From the NCBI GenBank assembly GCA_016342645.1, contig JAEINX010000005.1:1-63338 (forward strand): a DNA stretch of 63,338 bases, written 5' to 3'. This document shows, piece by piece, positions 45,156 through 54,653 of this stretch. Every line of letters begins with the position of its first letter. Positions within the stretch are counted from its first letter, which is position 1. The stretch is from Bacteroidales bacterium (GTDB lineage Bacteria > Bacteroidota > Bacteroidia > Bacteroidales > JAEINX01). The notes below the pieces were generated by a model. The model had not been told where the DNA came from, did not search any database, and saw nothing but the letters and a program-made list of their open reading frames with translations. Made by a program: the position numbers and the translations under genes.

Positions 45156-46511
45156 ATGAAAATTAATACAGATTGTAAAAAATACATTGATAAAAAATCC
45201 ATTGAACTAGTAAATTTAGTTGAAAAACTTCCTATTTTTAAACAAAACAGAAAAGAGCTAATGAGTGGTTCTGTTCGAGAGAAAGTATTTGTCAATTGGA
45301 CAGATAAGTTTGACAATTCTAAACCATTGATTTGGTCAATCACATCTTATTGTAATAAGAAATTTAATAAATGGATTAGATACAACGGTATCAAATTAGG
45401 ATATGGTTATGAAACATATAAGGAATATGTAAAATTTATAAAATCCATCCATAAACAAACTGATATAAATAAGCTTGTTACTTTTAATTTTCTTGATACT
45501 GAAATTTTCTCATGGATAATTGATACCTATAAAAACAGTAGGTCAAGAACTAATTTATCACAGCATATTGAAGAAACTATAATTAACAATGTTGTTAAAC
45601 AGACATACTGCTTCCCAATCCTTAATTTAGATATTTCTCAAAAAATTAAAATCGGTAAAGTTGTGATTAAATATCTAACAAAAGAAGATTTTGATAAACT
45701 TTTTCGTTCATTTCAACAAAACAACAGGAAAAATGAAAATACTTATGAATCGCTAAGAAAAAAATATCAAGGTATGGTTGTGGCTAGTTCAGAGGTATAT
45801 GGACAACCTGAAAAAGCTCAAGAATTAGCTCTTGAAAATTGTTTATTAGCAATAGATATTTTAAAAATTTGTTCCGATACTATTGAAATACCTGATTTAA
45901 ACTTAAGTTTTGACATAGGCAATAGGTTAAAAGAACAATTGTGTAGTGAATGTCTAACATATGAATCAAACTCGTTAAATAATCTAGAAATAAAATTAAA
46001 AGTGTTACCAAATCATCATGAAATTGATGATGAATATCTAAAACGGATTAATAAAAGATATTTTCAGGTTTTAGAAAATTTCATATCTCAGGATTCATTT
46101 GATAATGAGCTATCGAACTTAATTGTAAATGCAATAAAGAAATTTGCATTTTCATTATCCAATAAGGACTTAAACTGGAGAATAGTAGAAATTTTTTCCA
46201 TATATGAATCACTACTTCTTCCAAATGAAAATGCTCACATTCAAAACTCTTTAACAAAATATGGATCAAAATTAATTTACAAAACACCTGAAGAAAGAAC
46301 AAGCTTAAAGAAATTGATTATTTATTTCTACAAAATACGAAGTGCTATGGTACATCATGGCAAAAGAAAAAATATTGATCTGTTAAAGTTGAAGGAACTT
46401 CAGTTAGCCTTATTGTTGTTGATAGTAAATCTTATTTATAAAAATAAAACCCATGAAAATAAAAAGACTATTCTTAATGAAATTGATAATGCTATAAATG
46501 AAGCATACTAA
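45156..46511 (+). CDS. hypothetical protein with a C-terminal HEPN-like Rx4H motif
   Basis: YKIRSAMVHHGK (R-x4-H) sits in a predicted helical C-terminal ~110 aa. No other recognisable motif. No paired gene is visible. Confidence 0.45.
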   Translation: MKINTDCKKYIDKKSIELVNLVEKLPIFKQNRKELMSGSVREKVFVNWTDKFDNSKPLIWSITSYCNKKFNKWIRYNGIKLGYGYETYKEYVKFIKSIHKQTDINKLVTFNFLDTEIFSWIIDTYKNSRSRTNLSQHIEETIINNVVKQTYCFPILNLDISQKIKIGKVVIKYLTKEDFDKLFRSFQQNNRKNENTYESLRKKYQGMVVASSEVYGQPEKAQELALENCLLAIDILKICSDTIEIPDLNLSFDIGNRLKEQLCSECLTYESNSLNNLEIKLKVLPNHHEIDDEYLKRINKRYFQVLENFISQDSFDNELSNLIVNAIKKFAFSLSNKDLNWRIVEIFSIYESLLLPNENAHIQNSLTKYGSKLIYKTPEERTSLKKLIIYFYKIRSAMVHHGKRKNIDLLKLKELQLALLLLIVNLIYKNKTHENKKTILNEIDNAINEAY

Positions 46512-46617
46512 AAAAGGAGGAATCCCCCCGCTACCGCACTATTGTATCATGTGGTTTGCAAATAACTTTGATCTTCGATAGGAAACCAATACGGTGTATT
46601 GCTTTTAATAAGCTAAT

Positions 46618-46679
46618 CCATCCACCCATACGGACCCATACGGGCTAACTATGTGTCGCTTGCTTCGCTTCGTACGGAC
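46618..46679 (-). repeat. copy B (inverted) of the dispersed ~47-bp repeat
   Basis: The reverse complement reads GTCCGTACGAAGCGAAGCAAGCGACACATAGTTAGCCCGTATGGGTCCGTATGGGTGG. Confidence 0.8.
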
Positions 46680-46777
46680 TCCCTTTGGTCGTTGAATATT
46701 TTTCTTCTGTTGAGAAATTTTAAATTTCAACATAATGCAATGCCTGGGCATTTTTATATTTTTAATATACATTGATT

Positions 46778-46879
46778 AACAGGCCGCCTCTACGAGGCTT
46801 GCTTATATTGTTTTATTTTCAGCGGGCTTCCGCCCGCTGCTACAAATAGTTTGTCCCTAACGGGACTATCTGGCCTGTT
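46778..46879. other. 102-nt multi-hairpin element closed by an 8-bp stem
   Basis: aacaggcc...ggcctgtt encloses three hairpins: gcctc-tac-gaggc, cagcgggc-ttcc-gcccgctg and gtccc-taac-gggac. Confidence 0.35.
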
Positions 46880-46966
46880 AAACTGAACCTAAACCGGAAT
46901 AATAATTTCTTTGTTTGCAGTTTAAATAAAACCACGTACTCAAACTATTTGAAAACCGCTAAGTTT

Positions 46967-47056
46967 ATGAAGCGAAGCAAACGACACATAGTTAGCCCGC
47001 ATGGGTCCGTATGGACGAAGCGAAGCAAGCGACACAAAGTTAGCCCGTATGGGTGC
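46967..47056 (+). repeat. copies C1 and C2 (tandem, forward) of the dispersed ~47-bp repeat
   Basis: Two consecutive units, ATGAAGCGAAGCAAACGACACATAGTTAGCCCGCATGGGTCCGTATGG and ACGAAGCGAAGCAAGCGACACAAAGTTAGCCCGTATGGGTGC. Confidence 0.8.
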
Positions 47057-47210
47057 TAATGTATGCTTTTCAGAATAATTCCGTAGGAATCTACTATTTG
47101 TAACCCTGAACGGAAGTTCAGGGACAAAGATAACAAAATCCATGTAGTCCTTAAGGACGACCTATTTCAGGAGGAAGGCAGATTTGGTATAACTCCCAGC
47201 TGAGTTTTTA

Positions 47211-47241
47211 CACCTGACAGGTTTTAAAAACCTGTCAGGTG
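47211..47241. terminator. perfect 12-bp hairpin (cacctgacaggt / acctgtcaggtg)
   Basis: Read directly. It lies in the repeat-rich intergenic region upstream of the antitoxin gene. Function uncertain. Confidence 0.3.
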
Positions 47242-47393
47242 TGAGCAGGCAAAAGATTCCATCTTTTCAAAAGATGGAATCTTTAATCAAAATTTTCTGT
47301 AACGTTATCAACCAAAAATTACTAAATTTGAAAATAATTTTATTTCAGGTATTTTTTAAATACCTTTTGAAAATTGACACAAAAAGTAAAAGA

Positions 47394-47618
47394 ATGGATA
47401 CAATTGCAATAAAATCGCAGCTACAAAAAATGATTGATGAACAAGATGATATAAATGTACTCCGGGCAATTTATACATTATTACAAAAAACAAGTTTAAA
47501 TTCGGTTTTAATAACAAAACTAACTAATAGGGCTAAAAAGGCTGAAGAAGATATTGCTGAAGGTAGGATATTTACAAAAGAAGAAATTATTCGAAGAACA
47601 AACCGGATAGGTAGATGA
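47394..47618 (+). CDS. small antitoxin-like protein of a ParE/RelE-type pair
   Basis: 74 aa from the internal ATG. The upstream part of the listed ORF covers hairpin repeats. ATGA overlap with the toxin gene. Confidence 0.5.
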   Translation: MDTIAIKSQLQKMIDEQDDINVLRAIYTLLQKTSLNSVLITKLTNRAKKAEEDIAEGRIFTKEEIIRRTNRIGR

Positions 47619-47914
47619 AGTTAATATATACTGAACAATCACTTGAAAGCCTTGAAGAAGCCCTGAAATTTATAGCTCATAAAGTTTCTTATGAGAAATT
47701 AATTGAAATAAGGGATAGTATTTTGGATGCAGCAGAATCCCTGAAAGATAATCCATTCGTAGGACAAAAGGAGCCATATCTTGAACACCTGAAATTAGAA
47801 CATCGTAGGATTATAAAAGACAATTATAAAATCATATACAGGCTAACAGAACAGCATATTTATATAACGGATATTTTTGATACAAGGCAAAATCCTGTAA
47901 AAATGAAAAGTTGA
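47615..47914 (+). CDS. ParE/RelE-family type II toxin
   Basis: 99 aa. HRRIIKDNYKIIYRLTEQHIYITDIFDTRQNP is typical of the ParE-fold C-terminal strands. Confidence 0.7.
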   Translation: MKLIYTEQSLESLEEALKFIAHKVSYEKLIEIRDSILDAAESLKDNPFVGQKEPYLEHLKLEHRRIIKDNYKIIYRLTEQHIYITDIFDTRQNPVKMKS

Positions 47915-48020
47915 ATATCTTAAAGGGAATTGCATTTCTCTCCCCTTTATTATATCATTCTATCATTCTATCATTCACTCATCCATTAAAAAGCCAGAGT
48001 AGTATATGTGCGATCACATT

Positions 48021-49409
48021 TTATTTCACAATTTCTTTGATCTTCTCAATTATCTCATTCGCCAGTTTATCGGTATTTTCTATTGAATTGCTTTCCGAAT
48101 AAATTCTGATTATCGGTTCGGTATTTGATTTTCGCAGGTGAACCCATTGTTTACCAAATTCAATTTTCACCCCGTCAATTGTATTAATCGGTTGACCTTT
48201 ATATTCGTTTTTAATTTTATTTAGAATCTCATCAACATTCATTTCAGGTGATAATTGGATTTTATTTTTTGAGATAAAATAATCCGGAAATGATTTGCGA
48301 AGTTCAAGGCAGCTTTTATTGGATTTTGCCAATTGTGTTAAAAACAATGCAATTCCGACCAGTGCATCACGGCCATAATGAATTTCAGGATAGATAACGC
48401 CACCGTTTCCTTCGCCACCAATTACGGCATTTTTTGCTTTCATCATTTCAACAACATTTACCTCGCCCACGGCTGATGCAAAATATTCTCCACCTGCAGC
48501 TTCGGTTACATCACGCAAAGCTCTCGTTGACGACATATTCGAGACTGTATTTCCTTTTGTATTTTGTAAAACATAATCCGCAACAGCCACTAATGTATAT
48601 TCTTCACCAAACATTGAACCGTCTCCACAAACTATTGCAAGCCTATCGACATCGGGATCAACAACAAAACCAAGATCAGCTTTCTTATCAACTACAAGTT
48701 TAGAAATCTCCCTGAGATTTTCGGGTAATGGTTCGGGATTATGAGGAAAATGCCCGTTTGGTTCGCAATAAAGTTTTATTATATTTTTCACCCCCAATGC
48801 TTCAAGCAATTCAGGTATTGAAATTCCTCCGGTTGAATTCACCGCATCAATTGCAATTGTGAAGTTGGCTTTTTTGATTGCCTCTACATCAACCAATTTT
48901 AATTTAATAATTTCCTTAATATGGTCCTCAATGGCAGTTTTATATTCAGAATATGATCCTAAACTGTCAACTTCCGAAAAAATAATTTCTGAAGAATCAC
49001 CGATTCTCAAAACGTCTTCTCCATCAGCAGCTGATAAAAACTCACCTTTATTATTCAGAAGCTTAAGTGCATTCCATTGTTTGGGATTATGACTCGCTGT
49101 GAGGATTATTCCACCATCGGCATTCATTTTGGTAACAGCTACTTCAATTGTTGGAGTAGTTGAAAGTCCGGCATCAATAACATCGGCACCAATTCCCATT
49201 AAAGTACCGCAAACAAGATTGTTTACCATTTTACCGGATATCCTTGCATCACGGCCTACAACAATTTTTATTTTTTCTTTATCGCATTGCTTTTTAATAA
49301 ATAATGCATACGCCGCTGTAAATTTTACTATATCAAAGGGGCTTAGACCCTCACCCTGATTTCCACCTATTGTTCCTCTTATTCCTGATATTGATTTTAT
49401 TAAAGTCAT
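48021..49409 (-). CDS. glmM: phosphoglucosamine mutase
   Basis: Active-site loop GGIILTASHNP, metal loop VDPDVDRL. 462 aa with the alpha-D-phosphohexomutase layout. Confidence 0.9.
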   Translation of the reverse strand: MTLIKSISGIRGTIGGNQGEGLSPFDIVKFTAAYALFIKKQCDKEKIKIVVGRDARISGKMVNNLVCGTLMGIGADVIDAGLSTTPTIEVAVTKMNADGGIILTASHNPKQWNALKLLNNKGEFLSAADGEDVLRIGDSSEIIFSEVDSLGSYSEYKTAIEDHIKEIIKLKLVDVEAIKKANFTIAIDAVNSTGGISIPELLEALGVKNIIKLYCEPNGHFPHNPEPLPENLREISKLVVDKKADLGFVVDPDVDRLAIVCGDGSMFGEEYTLVAVADYVLQNTKGNTVSNMSSTRALRDVTEAAGGEYFASAVGEVNVVEMMKAKNAVIGGEGNGGVIYPEIHYGRDALVGIALFLTQLAKSNKSCLELRKSFPDYFISKNKIQLSPEMNVDEILNKIKNEYKGQPINTIDGVKIEFGKQWVHLRKSNTEPIIRIYSESNSIENTDKLANEIIEKIKEIVK

Positions 49410-49552
49410 AGAATTATATTTTGATTTTTTGCAAAATTAATTGTTTTTCGATATTTCAACTAATAATTTCTCAACTCAATCGGAATGGTTATTTTTGCCT
49501 TAATTAAAAACATGAAATTATCATGAAAGAACAATTCATAGCCTAAATTCTA

Positions 49553-49579
49553 TGCAACCTTTAATATAGCCAATTGTCT
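49553..49579 (+). promoter_or_regulatory. TGCAAC-N16-TGTCT motif, copy 3
   Basis: Same motif and spacing as copies 1 and 2. 51 nt to the ATG. Confidence 0.45.
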
Positions 49580-49630
49580 TAAATGGTAGTTTAATTAGCA
49601 GAATAAGAAATTAGTTACAAATTAATACCA

Positions 49631-52600
49631 ATGTTTAAAAAAATCATAATCATTTTAATTATATCAGTACTCATTCCTTTTAAAATGAACGCAGAATGGA
49701 TATCGCTCGATAAAAATAAAGTGTCGAAAACGCCTCCAAAAGTTACACTTATCAGCGATGATAACAACAGCACAATAATTAAAATTGAGTTATCAGGATT
49801 CAATGTAAAAGAAATTAATACAGAAGGAAAAACTTATCAGGCTGTTGACTTAATGACCGAGATTTCCTCAACAGAATCCGGTTTCCCTGATATACCATAT
49901 ATTTCAAAAATATTGGCTATACCTGATCAATCAGGCGTTTCGGTTGAAGTTATTGAAACAGGCAATATTCAAACATTTAAAAATATATATTTGCCTCCTG
50001 CTCGAGTAAGTTGGTTTGAAGGCCAGCCTGAATCTTCATATACAGAAAATTCGGATGCCTACACTTCAACGGATGTATATCCAAAAGAAACGGTTACAAT
50101 AGACCCGCCTTCGATTTTTCGTGACTTTCGCATTGCCCGTATTTCTGTTTTTCCTATCCGTTATTTTCCTGCAAAAAAGGAATTACAAACAATTTCTTCA
50201 ATTACGGTAAGAATTAATTATGGAGAAGGAGAAATTGTGAGTCCTAAAACAACAGCACGAAAAGCTATTAGTCTTTCATTCGGGAAATTATATCGCAGTT
50301 TCATTTTTAATTATCAGAATGTATTGGACAATCTTTACGATGGTAATGAAAGTGGCAGGGAGGTAATGTTGTGTATTATGCCCGATGAATTTGCCGAGAG
50401 TTTCCAACAATACGCCGATTGGAACCGCCAAAGTGGAACGGATATACATATAACTAAATTTATTGATATTGATGCAAATTCAACAAATCCCAATATCATC
50501 AAAGATCATATCACCGATGCATACTATAATTGGGAGCATCCTCCAACTTATGTATTAATAATTGGCGACCATGCTGTCTTTCCACAAAAAAATATAACAT
50601 TAGCGGGTTGGACATTTGCTAATGAAGATTATTTTGTTGAGATAGAGGGAGATGATCATTTCCCCGAATTGATGATAGGACGTTTCACAAATCAGAGTGA
50701 TTATCGCTTGCAAGTGATGATAAATAAATTTTTGATGTACGAAAAGTTTCCTTATACAGGTGATACTAATTGGTTTAAAAAAGCAATTTGTTGTTCAAAT
50801 AATGCTTATGAATCACAAGTTGAAACCAAACGCTTTGTTGCAGGTTTGTTGATGGAGGATGGTGATTTTACATCTGTGGATACATTAATGAGTGATGGGT
50901 CTCAATGGGGAGGTGAATGCACAATGGATTTAGATGATGTTCTTGATGCCATTAATGATGGACGAAGCTATTTAAATTATAGGGGTGAAGGTTGGAGCTC
51001 AGGATGGAATGCTAATTGCTATGGTTTTTATCAATCAAATGTTCATGAATTGGAGAATGGTCCGAAATTTACTTTTGTGACAAGTATTGGTTGTGGCGTT
51101 GCGATGTTTGATTCGGGAGGAGGAAATTGTTTTGGCGAAGAATGGATTGAGTTAGGTTCATTGGAAGATGATCCTGGGGGTGGCTGTGCCTTTGTTGGCC
51201 CCGTTACCAATACGCATACAGCATATAATAACCAGATTGATAAAGGTATTTATATGGGTATGTTTCAAGAAGGAATGGATACTCCGGGCCAGGCTTTGCT
51301 TCGTGGGAAATTTCGTATGTATGAAGTGTATGGAAGTGATTCATGGGTAGAATATCATTACAAGACTTTTTGTGTTTTGGGTGATCCCAGTCTGCATATT
51401 TGGAAAGATGTTCCAAATAAGGTTGTCGCTGATTTTCCTGCAACTATTCAAGTTGGATTTAATCATCTCGAAATTGAAGTCATTTTTGAATCAACAGCTT
51501 TGCCCGTTGCTGATGCTCAAGTATGTATAGTTGGTGAAAATCTATTTAATACCTACACCGCTAATTCATCAGGTGTGGTAACAATTGATATGGTTACAGA
51601 AGTTGAAGAAATATTAACGATGACTATTCGTGGTGGAAATGTGTTTCCTTATCAGAATACAATTGAAGTTGTGGCATCAACTTTACAAGATATTCAGCTA
51701 AATACAGGCTATCAATTTGTCTCATCAAATCGTTCGATAGAGGAGCCCGATATGCTTGATATTTTAGAAAATAATCTTAACGATAATCTTGATTTTGTTA
51801 GAAATACGGAAGGTAATATGTTCAGAAAAATTGGCCCAGTTTGGGTAAACGGAATCGGTGATTGGATAAATACCGAGGCTTATCTTTTTAGAATGATCAA
51901 TCCTGATGTTCTATTGATTCATGGTGACGCCGTTGATCCACAAACTCCTATTGAATTAATTTCAGGCTATCAATTTGTCAGTTATTTGCCAAACGTATCG
52001 CTGAATGCTATGGACGTATTTAGCAGTATCCTAAATGATAATCTTGGTTTTATCAGAAGTTCAAATGCTAATGTTTTAAGGAAAATAGGCCCAAATTGGG
52101 TAAATGGCATCGGAAATGCAAATCCCGGTGAAGGATATTTAATTAATATGTTTTCCGATGATATTTTAATTTATAATGTTTCCGAAAAAACCAAAACATC
52201 TTCTAATGAAAAACTTCTACCTGTTCATTTTAATTTTGAAGGTGGTAATCCGGCCGATGCTGTTTATACTTTATATATTTCAGGTTTGGAAATTGGAGAT
52301 GAAGTTGCAGCTTTTGATGGAGTTAAAATGATTGGAGCAATGAAAATATCATCGACTTATAATTTTGATAATGAACTTCCTGTTTTCAGTACTTTATCCA
52401 AAGGTAAGGGTTATATTGAAGGAAATCCTATAATATTAAAAGTCTGGAATTCTGTTTCAAAGGATGTTGAAAATATAGAATTTTCTATGGAAAATATTTC
52501 TGATGCCTACAAAGGAGACGTTTATCCGACCGGAGATGGTGAATTTAGCCTTGTTAACTTTAAAAAATCAAAGTTTAAGGAGAATTTAATTACTATTTAT

Positions 52601-52798
52601 CCAAACCCTGCCGAAGATGTAATAAATATTTCCAGTCAAAGCCAAATAAAAAATGTTACGATTTTTAATTTTATCGGTCAAATAGTCCATCAGGGAAATA
52701 ATATTAAAATAAATACTAATAACTTCAAACATGGTGTTTATATAATTAAGGTTGAAACAAATGAGGGTTTAACAATAGAAAAAATAACGATTAAATAA
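49631..52798 (+). CDS. C25 (gingipain)-like T9SS cargo protein, paralog 3
   Basis: Collinear with paralogs 1 and 2, with the same motifs and T9SS C-terminal domain. Confidence 0.75.
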   Translation: MFKKIIIILIISVLIPFKMNAEWISLDKNKVSKTPPKVTLISDDNNSTIIKIELSGFNVKEINTEGKTYQAVDLMTEISSTESGFPDIPYISKILAIPDQSGVSVEVIETGNIQTFKNIYLPPARVSWFEGQPESSYTENSDAYTSTDVYPKETVTIDPPSIFRDFRIARISVFPIRYFPAKKELQTISSITVRINYGEGEIVSPKTTARKAISLSFGKLYRSFIFNYQNVLDNLYDGNESGREVMLCIMPDEFAESFQQYADWNRQSGTDIHITKFIDIDANSTNPNIIKDHITDAYYNWEHPPTYVLIIGDHAVFPQKNITLAGWTFANEDYFVEIEGDDHFPELMIGRFTNQSDYRLQVMINKFLMYEKFPYTGDTNWFKKAICCSNNAYESQVETKRFVAGLLMEDGDFTSVDTLMSDGSQWGGECTMDLDDVLDAINDGRSYLNYRGEGWSSGWNANCYGFYQSNVHELENGPKFTFVTSIGCGVAMFDSGGGNCFGEEWIELGSLEDDPGGGCAFVGPVTNTHTAYNNQIDKGIYMGMFQEGMDTPGQALLRGKFRMYEVYGSDSWVEYHYKTFCVLGDPSLHIWKDVPNKVVADFPATIQVGFNHLEIEVIFESTALPVADAQVCIVGENLFNTYTANSSGVVTIDMVTEVEEILTMTIRGGNVFPYQNTIEVVASTLQDIQLNTGYQFVSSNRSIEEPDMLDILENNLNDNLDFVRNTEGNMFRKIGPVWVNGIGDWINTEAYLFRMINPDVLLIHGDAVDPQTPIELISGYQFVSYLPNVSLNAMDVFSSILNDNLGFIRSSNANVLRKIGPNWVNGIGNANPGEGYLINMFSDDILIYNVSEKTKTSSNEKLLPVHFNFEGGNPADAVYTLYISGLEIGDEVAAFDGVKMIGAMKISSTYNFDNELPVFSTLSKGKGYIEGNPIILKVWNSVSKDVENIEFSMENISDAYKGDVYPTGDGEFSLVNFKKSKFKENLITIYPNPAEDVINISSQSQIKNVTIFNFIGQIVHQGNNIKINTNNFKHGVYIIKVETNEGLTIEKITIK

Positions 52799-52909
52799 AG
52801 GTATTTGTTTAGCCGGTTTTAGAAAAGAAAGCAATGGTTATATACTTTAAACTGCGAAATATTTACTAATTTTGCGAAATTAAATATTCTATTAAAAAAA
52901 TCGAAATAG

Positions 52910-53452
52910 ATGGAAATAATTGAAACGAAAATTAAAGGTTTATTGATAATTAAACCTGATGTTTTTATTGATGAAAGGGGATATTTTTTCGAATCATATA
53001 ATAAAGAAAAGTTTATTCATGCCGGAATATCACTTGATTTCGTACAAGATAATGAATCAAAATCACAACAAGATGTTTTACGGGGATTACATTTCCAGAA
53101 TCCACCTTACGCTCAGGGTAAATTAGTCAGGGTGATGAAAGGTGCAGTTTTGGATGTTGCTGTTGACCTGAGAAAAGATTCACCAAGCTATGGTATTTGG
53201 GATTCAATTGAATTAAGCGAATCGAATAAAATGATGTATTGGATACCTCCCGGATTAGCTCACGGATTTCTAACTCTTGAAAACGAGACTGTTTTTTTCT
53301 ATAAATGTACAAATGTTTATAACAAAGCTTCGGAAGGAAGTGTAAGATGGAATGATCCGAACCTGGCTATTGACTGGGGAAAATCAAAACCAATTCTTTC
53401 TGAAAAAGATAAAACAGCTCCTTTTTTTAAAGATTTTAAAAGCCAATTTTAA
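52910..53452 (+). CDS. rfbC: dTDP-4-dehydrorhamnose 3,5-epimerase
   Basis: DERGYFFE, LRGLHFQ and AHGF motifs. 180 aa. Confidence 0.9.
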   Translation: MEIIETKIKGLLIIKPDVFIDERGYFFESYNKEKFIHAGISLDFVQDNESKSQQDVLRGLHFQNPPYAQGKLVRVMKGAVLDVAVDLRKDSPSYGIWDSIELSESNKMMYWIPPGLAHGFLTLENETVFFYKCTNVYNKASEGSVRWNDPNLAIDWGKSKPILSEKDKTAPFFKDFKSQF

Positions 53453-53677
53453 TTAGTGTAAAGACACGAATTATACAAATTAACACGAATTAAATTAACC
53501 TTGAAATTTTCTAAATAAATATTATTATTGAACTGGGATAAAATGGAAATTCATGCTGACACTATGTAGTTATATGAAAAATGACTACTGAATGACTATT
53601 TAATGACAATTATTGACCATTTTCTTTAAGAACCAATATTTCCTTTATACCTTTATTCCCCTTTTACCAAACTAAAT

Positions 53678-54592
53678 ATGCCACGAAAAATATTTCTTAT
53701 TTTTATTTTTATAATAATTGCAATTGCATTATTTTTAATTATAACATTTCGATTTCCGGATAAAAATCAAGAAACCTCGTCAAATATTTCTGATACTATT
53801 TATAAAATTTCAGCAATTGATTTACCCCAAAAAATTGATTTTGCCGGTGAAGCCGCTCCTTTGAATATATATTATGTTCAGGAAAACCTTGACAGGGAAC
53901 TTATCGTAAATACTTATTGGCATTCATCAACCTTACTTTCATTAAAACGTGCAGCAAGGTGGTTTCCTGTTATAGAACCTATTCTGAAAAATAATGGTAT
54001 TCCCGATGATTTTAAATACCTTGCGTTGATTGAAAGTGGTTTGGAAAATGTAACATCGCCGGCTGGAGCAAAAGGGTTTTGGCAATTTTTAAAAGGAACA
54101 GCAAAAGATTTCGGCCTTGAAGTGAACAATGAAGTTGATGAAAGATATAATGTTGAAAAAGCAACTCGGGCAGCTTGTAAATATTTCAATAAGGCTCATG
54201 AAAAATATAAAAACTGGACTTTGGTTGCCGCTGCTTTTAATGCTGGAAACAAAGGAATCGATAGGCAAATTGAAAAACAAAAAGTAAATAATTATTATTC
54301 TTTATTGCTTGACGATGAAACCGAAAGATATGTTTTTAGGATACTTGCAATAAAGGCAATTTTTGAGAATCCAGAGAAATATAATTTTTACCTTGAAAAA
54401 GATGATTTATATTTACCAATACCTACTAAAACAATCGAGGTAAAATCTTCTATTAAAAACCTTGCTGATTTTGCAATTGAAAATGGAATAAATTATAGAA
54501 TTTTAAAAGAATTTAACCCATGGCTGCGAAATGGAGAATTGAAAAACAAAAAACACAAAACTTACGAAATAAAAATTCCAATATTTGAATAA
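53678..54592 (+). CDS. lytic transglycosylase (SLT domain, MltD-like)
   Basis: LALIESGLENVTSPAGAKGFWQF and AAFNAG motifs. N-terminal membrane anchor. Confidence 0.8.
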   Translation: MPRKIFLIFIFIIIAIALFLIITFRFPDKNQETSSNISDTIYKISAIDLPQKIDFAGEAAPLNIYYVQENLDRELIVNTYWHSSTLLSLKRAARWFPVIEPILKNNGIPDDFKYLALIESGLENVTSPAGAKGFWQFLKGTAKDFGLEVNNEVDERYNVEKATRAACKYFNKAHEKYKNWTLVAAAFNAGNKGIDRQIEKQKVNNYYSLLLDDETERYVFRILAIKAIFENPEKYNFYLEKDDLYLPIPTKTIEVKSSIKNLADFAIENGINYRILKEFNPWLRNGELKNKKHKTYEIKIPIFE

Positions 54593-54653
54593 TCTTAGTT
54601 CTAAAGGGAATTTATTGAGAAATGATAATATGAGTAAATGTGTGAATGATAAA

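Noticed and set aside
47911-48102. 63-aa plus-strand ORF after the ParE toxin.
   Set aside because: It overlaps the 3' end of glmM on the opposite strand and the GAATGA-type repeat. It has a low-complexity hydrophobic sequence.
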